Positions 55,198-64,000 of a stretch of DNA of 64,000 bases are shown here, piece after piece. Under the pieces are notes generated by a model. It had not been told where the DNA came from and did no database searches. It saw only the letters and a list, made by a program, of their open reading frames with translations. Position 1 is the stretch's first letter; the number at the start of each line of letters is the position of its first letter. Source of the stretch: Octopus sinensis (Eukaryota); the NCBI RefSeq assembly GCF_006345805.1, contig NC_042999.1, forward strand, positions 118,668,001-118,732,000. Reading direction: 5' to 3'. The position numbers were made by a program, and so were the translations under genes.

Positions 55198-55289
55198 TTA
55201 TCTGTAAATATAATATGTGACAATTATTCCGAAACATGGAGTTTTATCATGGCTACCGAATAATTGTCACATATTATATTTACAGATAA
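55198..55289. repeat. Perfect 32-bp inverted repeat
   Basis: 55198-55229 / 55258-55289, 28-nt loop. Confidence 0.9.
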
Positions 55290-55349
55290 TATATATATGT
55301 GTGTGTGTACAGGCTATATTAAATCTCTGAGCAAGAGATAACCAGATTA

Positions 55350-55789
55350 TTCAAGATCATTGACAGTTTGTTGCTGGAAAAAGCATATAGTATTTTGTGA
55401 GTGGAATGAGTTTCCATTACTAGCTGGTAATTAACACATGCTGAGGACGGGTAACCACCCAGAAACTTGAGTCCATGTGTATCATATAAGGCTAGAGATG
55501 GGAGCAATGACCTCCCCATGCAAATACTAATCGAACACAGAATTTGTGTCATTAGCCAGCTGGAAGAGATGTCTTACTGGAACTATAAACACCAGTAGCA
55601 CCGTCCTGTATAGGACGCTACACTTGGTTGGCAATTACATGTTGCGATTCCGTGTTGCTACTGTTTATATCTTGCTCAAAGATTTAATATTGCTTATTTC
55701 CCCTTTTTCAAGATCAGTGACAGTTTGTCATTGGAAAAGGCATATAGTATTTTGCAAGTGAAATGAGTTTTCATCACTAGCTGGTGATT
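55350..55789 (+). repeat. Retrozyme-like tandem repeat: unit 1 (55350-55706) plus first 83 bp of unit 2
   Basis: TTCAAGATCA.TGACAGTTTG recurs at 55350 and 55707 (period 357); unit 2 continues at 61756 after the LINE insertions. Confidence 0.8.
55434..55480 (+). ncRNA. Compact type I hammerhead ribozyme
   Basis: ACACATG-CUGAGGA-CGGGT/ACCCA-GAAAC-TTGA-GUC-CATGTGT; perfect 7-bp stem I; cleavage predicted after 55473. Confidence 0.85.
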
Positions 55790-57721
55790 GTCTCTTGATG
55801 TGAGTTACGGCTTTTTATTTGAATTACTGAATTGTTGAATTACAGAATTGGTGATTTGATGTACAGTTGAATTATTGAATTGTTGAATATTGTGTTGCAT
55901 TTGTGAAATTGTTGAAGATTTTGTTTGGCTTCCCCATTTATGGATGAAGCAGTGAATGACAGAAATATGAATTCATAGGTCCAGACAGGCAGTTATGTTG
56001 TGGGGACAGGCAAAAGCCTGACAACGGAGCTACTGCAGATACAGCAACTGGAAGTGAAAGACATAGACAAGAAATTTAATAACCTGTTGAAGAAGCAAAG
56101 AGGCTGCCTAAGACTGACACTCCCAAAGAAGTAGCAGAAGAATCGGAAAGAAAAATAATTACACTGAATATAGGGACAAGAAAAGTAGAAATAGCAGGCG
56201 TTGAAGAGATAGAGGAATGTTTAAAGGAAGTAAAGGAAGTAACGACATTCTATAACAGAGTATGAAAGTTTCGAATGGTGGAGGTGTGCTTCGTTACTGA
56301 GAATGAAGCAAAGAAGTACTTACTCCACTGTAGTCTTGAAATCAGCATAGTGGGCACTCTTTTTTGTTCCTTCTTGAGCCATGCCTGGCTCATAAGGGCC
56401 GGTTTCCTTGGCGTATAGGTTCCCCATCTGGACAGGACGCCGGTCCGTCGCAGGTGAGCTGCAAGGTGCAGGAGGAAAGAGTGAGAGAAAGTTGTGGCGA
56501 AAGAGTCAGCAGAAGTTCACCATTACCTTCTGCCAGAGCCGCATGGAGCTTAGGTGTTTCGCTCATAAACACACACATCGCCTGGTCTGAGATTCGAACC
56601 CATGATCTCTTGACAGCGAGTGCGCTGCTCTAACCACTAGGCCATGTGCCTCCAGTGGGCACTCTTACCTACTTACTGTGACAGATGCACAGCCAAAGTA
56701 AGGATAGGGAGAATGCCACCCAAATTTAACGAGGAGTAGCTTGTGGCAGCCATCCTCTACAATACAGAGGAGAAAGCAGAGATACTGAAAATGTCAAAGA
56801 CAGCGGAGGTCAACTGGTGGGGTTATGGCCTTGAAGTGGTGGTACATATCAGCCTACCTGACCTTCACAAAATTGTGGAAGAGATAATCCTACCCAACGA
56901 AACCAGATTGAGAATCATGTTGGAGGGTAGACCGCCAATATGCTTCGAATGTGGAGTAAGGGGGCACATAAAGGCAAAGTGTTCCCAGAAACACGAACAG
57001 GAGGTGGTGGAGGAGGAGTGCCAGGAAGAAGTAAATGCAATAACAGAGAAAGAAGCAGAGTTCACTGAGGTAGAGAGGAGAGAAAATAGTGAATCCCCTC
57101 CAAAAAAGAAAAGAAAAGCAGAGAAAAAGGAAAAAAGAAAAAATGAAGAAATAGGAGATCGAACACAGGAACCGGAGCCTTCAACAAGTAAGGAAGAGGA
57201 GAGACGGAAGGAACTGGAAGACGAGCAACAGAGCGAAATAGAAATGCCAGCACTAATGACAGAAAATGAAGAGAGAAGACCACCTAAAGGAAAACACGAA
57301 AGAGTGACGGTGGTGCATGAGAAAAGTGTAGAAATAGAAAAATGAATTGCAAGAATGAAAGGCGTAATAAGAGTGAGAATGGCAGAAGGAGGCGTAAAAG
57401 CAGTGTTGTTACAGGATGAAAGGGCAGCTAGACTGAGGGAGGTGTTTGGAAGTAGAGGGGAGAGCACACCGTTCCAATTTTGATATGATAATTACCACCT
57501 CTGGTAGAATTTGAAGAGGTAATGACTTTTTGTTATAAATACAATATAAGATGAATTGTAAATATGGTAAAATGGAACTTTCTTCTTTGGGGAGTAGGAA
57601 GCCATTTCATTACCATAATTTTTCATACCTCATAATTCATTTGTAAATCATTCTATGTACCCAACGTTTGTCCTTGTAATGTCCTTTCTATATAAGGTTT
57701 TATGCCTATAATAATGAGAAA
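55790..57721 (+). mobile_element. Tx1/L1-like element 1, ORF1 only (HAL1-like), degenerate
   Basis: Starts GTCTC after the target motif; ORF 56743-57345 has CFECGVRGHIKAKC zinc knuckle and E/K-rich tail; no ORF2; TGTAATGTCC near the 3' end as in element 2. Confidence 0.75.
56362..56653 (-). mobile_element. SINE family B inserted in LINE ORF1
   Basis: 13-bp TSD AGTGGGCACTCTT (56349-61, 56654-66); reverse complement of 45456-45755. Confidence 0.9.
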
Positions 57722-57732
57722 AGCTGATGATT

Positions 57733-60700
57733 GTCTCCACCTTTTTGATTGCCCTCATATGTGAATTCGTTTTGGGATTGTTTTATGTTATTTTACAAAT
57801 TGCTGAATTGAGTTATTTTTTAATTCGAACTGTTGTTACCTTGTTAACTGTAATTTTCGCCCTGCGGGGAGAAAATACTGTTTAAAAAGTATTTTGTTTG
57901 AGAAACTTCTGTGAAAAATTAATTTTTGCCCTGTCCTGGGCGTTGTGTTGTTTTTTTTTGCCATTATGGCAAATACTGAAAATATGAATATCAATTTGGA
58001 TTCTCAAAAGGAATTCCCTGCTATGGGAAAAGAAAGTGATTCGTCTAAGGATAACAAAGTAAAAACCAGTTTTTTATTTGCTGCAGTCGGTGGGAAGGAA
58101 ATAGGAATGATTTTTAAAATGGAACAACTGTTCAGTTACTGCAATATGGTGAAGCAAGTCGACGGTGAGACCAAATTAATTCCGCTGCCAGAAACAGTGG
58201 TGGAAATAAATGCCAGAACTGTGATATATAAAATATATAGTACAAAGGAAGAAAAAAATATGGAAGCGAAGAATGAGATAGTGGAGAGGTACTTGGCACC
58301 TATCTGGAACAAAATATGCTATGTTAGCTGAGGAATACGTAGTGCAACTGTGGAAGTACAGTTCCAGTCGGCCAACATAGCAAAAGAAATAGCTACCAGA
58401 ACACTGAAAAATGAGGAGATACTGCTGCTACCCACCTATCTGGGTCACTTGACGGCCAAAATTGTAGTGGAGGAAATACCTGTAGGCTACGAACTGTTGT
58501 GGGTAGCAACGGCAATTATATTCAATGCTGAGAATGAGGTAGACATCTTGCAGATGTTGAGAAAGGACACCCAAAATTGGAAAGGTCAGACACTGCAGAT
58601 GGTGGTACAACTAAACTTTGGAGAAGTTGCCCGATAGGATTTTGTAGGGGAGGGGCACATGATACGTGTGTCGGTGGAAGGACATAGGCCCAGATGCTTC
58701 AAATGTGGGCAGATCGTACTTAGATAGGGTATTCGTTAGACAAGATAGGAATACTTTTAGTCGTCCACATTTTTTTGTTGTGCCTTACACGGATCACAAA
58801 TTTGTGACGTGTGAGGTGCATCTAGATAAATGTCATAGACAGGGTCCTGGGTATGGAAGATGAACAAGTCTATCGTGACTTGTGAAGCCTTTTGTACCTG
58901 GATTAAGGAATTAGTACAGAGGGCATTATGTGGCACCATCATTAATAAAAGATGGTGGCATGCCCTCAAAAGAGCCATCCATTTAAAGTTCATTAGATTT
59001 AGCAAACAGCTAAGTTTAGATAGGACTAGAATAGAGGGTGAATTAGTTAAGAACCTAGACAAGGCTGTGGAATCTGGTTCTGCATCTGGAGTGCTAGCGG
59101 CGAGAGCGGTCTTGCATCGTCACCTCAATGCCAAACATGAAGGTTGCAGTCAGAGCTAAGCTACGTGCAGGAAACGAGAAGGTATCAACGTTGCTGGATG
59201 GGCATGCCGAGTGGAGTGTCAGAGAGGTAAAAATGCCTCCATTAAGTCTTTAACTGATGAACAGGGGTGCAAGATCTATGGACAGGAGGAGATGCAGAAG
59301 GTCTTCTACCAGTATTTCACACGGTTGTTTGGGGAAAGTGGTTTGCTTGAGCACGGGGAAGTCTTAAAAAACTTCCTAGCTGGTGGACCGCGACTTTCGG
59401 CAAGTGAGGTGGGGTGCTGTGAAGGACCAATCTCTCCCATAGAGGTTAAAGAGGTGTTGGCCGAGTCTGCCAGGGAAAGTCGCCAGAGCTGGATAGTCGG
59501 CCCTATGAGTTTTACCATAGTATGCCGGCTTTGTTCGAGGATATACTGGCCAGCGTCTATACAAACTGGCAACAGAATGGGAGAATTCCCACTGCGGTGA
59601 GCCAGGGAGTGGTGACGCTGATCCAGAAAGACCTAAGCAAGGGGGATAGTATTAGTAACTTCCGGCCCATAACTCTACTTAATGTAGAGTTAAAAATTTT
59701 GGCCAATGTGCTGTCGTGGAGAAACTTGTCCGGAAAGCACAGACATGGGCAATACTCGGCAGGTCGATCCAGGACAATCTTCACCTTATCCGCTACACAT
59801 TAGACAGGGTGGGTAAATTAGCCAGCAAAGGTGGAACAATGGTCCATTTAGACCATTTGATAGGGTTGACCCTCAGTACCTGGTGGTGGTTCTTGAAGAG
59901 GCTGGGTTGGGCCCGGTCTTCCGTGGGTGGATCTCCACTATGTACAGAGGCATCAAGCCCACAGTCCAGATAAACGGTTACCTGATGGAGCCATTTTCTA
60001 TCAAACACTCAGTTCGTCAAGGGTGCCCCTTGTCTTCACTTCTGTATGTGTTGGCTCTTGAGCCATTGCTGTGGAAGTTGGAGAGGTTGGGAGGTAACCC
60101 TGATGAAATCTGAGGTGGTAAGTCTGTTTCTACTTAGGTGGACGACGTCACCTTCATCATGTCCAACAAAGCACAGCTACCTCATGTAGAAGATGCTATC
60201 AGAGGATATGAGGCGGTGGCTGGAGCAAAAGTTAACAAGGACAAGTCGATCGGCTTGTGCCTCGGCATCTGAAGGAACAAGTCGATATTGTCCGGTGTCA
60301 TGGGTCACTGGACATATGGTCCTGTTAACTCCTGCTTGGAGTTTGGTTTGGACTGGTCTCCCAGACGAAGAAGAATTGGAGCAAGGTGGCAAACAAGGTG
60401 GAGGCACTAGCCCTGACTTGGTCCGGAAGACCGCTGTCATTGAAAGGAAGGGTGGAGGTGGTGCAGGTGTTTATTGCATCAGTAATCACCTACCACCTGA
60501 CCGTTTTCCCTTGCCCCGATTCATGGATAAGCAAGTTGGAATGACTCCTTTTCTGCTTTTTGGGGAAGTGGGGGAAAGCCACTTGTGAGGCACCCCGTTT
60601 GCTGCCAGGAACCATTAAAGGGTGGGTTGGGGATGCCTTGGTTAATGATACACAGACATGTGTTGAGGCTGAGACATCTCTGGTGCCACCTGGAAGGTGA

Positions 60701-61735
60701 TAAGGTGTGGAGCCTGCTGGCAGAGGGATTCTTCCCGCGACTGACCACTATGGTAAGATTTAAGCCCGGTTTTATAAAAAGACGAAATCTGATTGAATGG
60801 CAAAAGGAGTGCCGACAGGCACTCATGCTTATCCACAAGGCAGGCAAAGCCAGCAGTGGAAATACTATCTCGAGGTTCTATAGAGGGCTGGTGGAGTTTA
60901 GAAATGATGTCGTCTTAGGAGGGGCTCTGGAGTTCGATGAGAACCAACCCGCCAACCTGTTTAGTAGGACTGTTAGACCGAGGTATTTGAATAATAAGCA
61001 AAAATCCCTGGCCTGACAGTGCTATAGAAATGCTCTACCTGTTCACATAAAGTTATCCAGGCATGAAGTTTCAGTGTCACCAACTTGCCCAAGATGCGTG
61101 CTGGACGACGAAACCGTCCAGCACGCTTTTGTACAATGTCGGGAGCTTTCGAGCTTGATGGTTTTCGTGGAACATGAGTTGTTGCATCTGGGAAGAGTAT
61201 GGCTATCAGCTGGATCTATAATAAAGATGGTACCACCAGCCAGACTCTCAAAGGAAGGTGAGGCATGTTCTCTCTGTACGGTTGCAGTACTGAAAGAATG
61301 CATATGGAAACCAAGAATGGAAGGTGTCGCGACAGGATCCTTCATCTCTGACCCCGGTTTGCTAAATTACTTCAGGTACCATCTGAAGAGCAGGATGGGG
61401 CTGGAGAGGAAAACCCTGTCATGTAGGGTATATGAGCAAAGATGGAAGGATGTGATGAGAAAGGTGGATGTGAGTAACTCAGCTTAATCATTGATGAAAG
61501 GAAAATAGATAGTCGCTGGGCCTTACAGGCTGCCAGGTGAATCTGCCCAATTTCATTTTAAATTTAAGTAAAAAAAAGGTGGTATCAAAAAGGAAAAAGA
61601 ACAAAATCAGTTAATTGTAAATAAATGAATGTCATCTGTAAATATACTCATCTGAACTCAGATATCATTTTTGTGTGTTTGTAATGTCCTGTAATGTCCC
61701 TCTCTGTGTTTGATTGTATAATCATAGTAAAAATA
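57733..61735 (+). mobile_element. Tx1/L1-clade LINE element 2 (ORF1 + internally deleted ORF2), degenerate
   Basis: ORF1 LLPTYLG..EGHRPRCFKCGQ; APE end YLDRVFV..DHKFV; GPGY.KMN; RT NFRPITLLN, GRSIQDN, SVRQGCPLS, VDDVT; C-terminal CPRC..ETVQHAFVQC. Confidence 0.9.
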
Positions 61736-61928
61736 TTCATTACTAGGTGGTGATTAACACACGCTGAGGATGGGTAAACATCCAGAAACTCGAGTCCATA
61801 TGTATCATGTAAGGCTAGAGATGGGAGTGATGACCTCCCCTCGCAAATATTAGTTGGACACAGAATGTGTGTCATTAGTCAGCTGGAAGAGATATCTTCC
61901 TGGAGCAATAAACGTCAGTAGCACCATC

Positions 61929-61932
<4 letters not shown>
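61736..61932 (+). repeat. TSD plus remainder of retrozyme-like unit 2
   Basis: Aligns with 55413-55610; ends at (AT)n. Confidence 0.85.
61757..61803 (+). ncRNA. Compact type I hammerhead ribozyme (second copy)
   Basis: ACACACG-CUGAGGA-TGGGT/ATCCA-GAAAC-TCGA-GUC-CATATGT; palindromic TCGA loop; stem I has 2 mismatches. Confidence 0.7.
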
Positions 61933-61966
<34 letters not shown>

Positions 61967-62169
61967 ATGATGATGATATATATATAGGGAGAGTTTACAA
62001 AAAAAAACAAACCAAAAGACGAAGACAGGTGGTGTATAAAACAAACAGATGTATTAGTATAACGTTCAGGAATAGAAAAAGTCTTTTACGTTTTGAGCCT
62101 ATGCTCTTCTACAGAAAGGGACACAGAAAAAACAAGGAGAGAAAAAGTGTGTAATGGCTAACGATCTAT

Positions 62170-62330
62170 CATATGATGGGTTTCTTTCAGTTTCTGTCTT
62201 CCAAATCCACTCACAAGGCTTTGATCAGCCCAAGGCTATAGTAGAATATACTTGCACAAGCTGCCATGCATGGGACTGAACCTGGAATCATGTGATTGAA
62301 AGCAAGCTTTTTACCACACAACCTCACCTG
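62170..62330 (-). mobile_element. SINE family A head fragment
   Basis: Reverse complement of the 25240-25390 region. Confidence 0.7.
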
Positions 62331-63234
62331 ATTATTATTTCAAAGTCCTTACTCTAATAAGAATTTTCTTGAAGATTTCATGATTCGATTAGACAACAAT
62401 CAGAAACACATTTAGCACAGCTTCTTTACAGGACTATTATCAATTGAAAGTAACGCAACCTTTTAGCTTATTTCATTGTCATAACACAGTCCATTATTGC
62501 TATCTCTAGTTATATAGCAGGTCAATGTTGAAGCTTTGTGAGAGAGAATTGGAATTGATGTAATGCAATTTGTTCCCTCCGAGAACTGATCATATAATAA
62601 TATTAATAATAACTTTTGACTGGTATGAGACAGATTGTTGATAAGAGATAAGAGAGAAGTGAGATGCCAACTTGGTCAGTATTATCATTAAATCTTGAAC
62701 ATGTGCTGAATTTTTTATTAGAGCAAATGTACTTCTGTATTCTGTGTTGATACCAATATAGTAAATAGTAATTAGTTTATTTAATTTTTTAAATTAATTC
62801 CTTCGATCTCACAGAAATACTTATGAAAGAATCATTCACAATCAAGGAAAATAATTAACTTGGTAGACATTTTTAATTTATCTAAGAGGTTTATTGTAGT
62901 AAATAAAGAATGAAGCCATTCTAAATGACAGTCGAAATGATGCCTGTCTTATTCACTGATGACTTACAATCACAGCAAAAGTCAACAACAATGTCACTTG
63001 TGATCAATAACATTAACTCAAAACTCATAATGATGGTAATGTCTCATTGTTTTAAAACTGATTGTGATGCCAAAAATGATACTGGTGATGAGAATGGTGA
63101 AGATCACAACAATGATGATGATATTAATGATGACTTTTCCTTGTCTGGAGACTAATATATAAATAAGTATGCTATAAGTGAAACTGTATTATTAATGATG
63201 TAGAAATAAAATGAAATATCGTTTGTTTTTCCAG

Positions 63235-63391
63235 GGCCTACGTTACATTCAAAGTTGTCCACTGAGGTATCATGGTAATTTGAAGTCTCGGAATTGTGTT
63301 ATTGATAGCCGCTGGGTGTTAAAGATCACAGATTATGGTATCCCCGGCATGCTAGAAGGTGGGAAGGCTGACAGGAATCTCACAGCAGAAG
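63235..63391 (+). CDS. Receptor guanylyl cyclase exon (GLRYIQSCPLRYHGNLKSRNCVIDSRWVLKITDYGIPGMLEGGKADRNLTAE+1 nt)
   Basis: tttttccag acceptor phase 0; HGNLKSRNC and LKITDYG pseudokinase motifs; 3' end placed at the AG|GCAAGT GC donor (less certain than the 5' end). Confidence 0.9.
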
Positions 63392-63849
63392 GCAAGTGCT
63401 ATTTTAAAAATCATTTTCTTATCATAATACAAAGAACACTTATTGTATTAATATATAAAATATTGAAATATATAGATTCATGAGCAAACATATACACACA
63501 TTTCCATATGTGTGTGTATGTACATATGCATGTGAGTGTGTGTATGTCTGTATGTTTGTGTGTGTGTGATGTAAATGTGTGTATACATACATACATATAT
63601 ATTAGAGGTGAAATTCTTGGATAGTAGCAAGATATACTGCTTCAACAGAATGTGGTACGTTTTCCTCAATCAAGAACAAATGTTGGAGGCTATATAAATA
63701 TATATATATATATAATTTAGGAGCCCTTAATTGTATAACTACATGAATAATATTTTTCTATATGAATAATATTTTTGTCTTATGACTAATTCGTCTTTTG
63801 TGCTGGGCACCTGGTAGTAAATAATATTACTACCCTTCTTGTTTATATT

Positions 63850-63880
<31 letters not shown>

Positions 63881-63904
63881 TATAACTGTATAATAATATA
63901 TCCT

Positions 63905-64000
63905 TTTATTTGTTTCAGTCATTTGACTGCAGCCATGCTGGAACACTGCCTTTAGTCGAACAAATTGACTCCAGGACATATTCTTTGCAAGCCTAGTACT
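63905..64000 (-). mobile_element. SINE family A tail (runs off the window)
   Basis: TTGTTTCAGTCATTTGACTGCAGCCATGCTGG as at 19240 and 27325. Confidence 0.75.

Noticed and set aside
56865-57467. 200-aa Ser-rich minus-strand ORF
   Set aside because: Antisense shadow of the purine-rich LINE ORF1.

Overview
AT-rich, repeat-dense eukaryotic DNA. The SINE and microsatellite landscape suggests an octopod cephalopod (inference). The window lies inside one + strand gene, a receptor (membrane) guanylyl cyclase. Four small exons (1490-1573, 13686-13790, 35022-35093, 63235-63391) splice in frame to its kinase-homology domain across introns of about 12, 21 and 28 kb, and the last exon probably ends at a GC donor. 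The introns contain several tRNA-derived SINE families (labelled A, B, C, F, plus RTE-tail-like D; labels are mine), mariner/Tc1 relics, MITEs, R4- and RTE-type LINE relics and an RT-less Ty3/gypsy element. The main result is a set of type I hammerhead ribozyme (HHR) motifs. An HHR-bearing ~357-bp tandem repeat (retrozyme-like) has been split, 1 nt upstream of HHR stem I, by two different Tx1/L1-like LINEs inserted in tandem at the same target motif, with an 18/20 target-site duplication. A second HHR family with a long stem II occurs as an inverted pair (23798-24217) and as a structurally covarying copy (28067-28152). All folds and alignments were done by eye and need computational and experimental confirmation.
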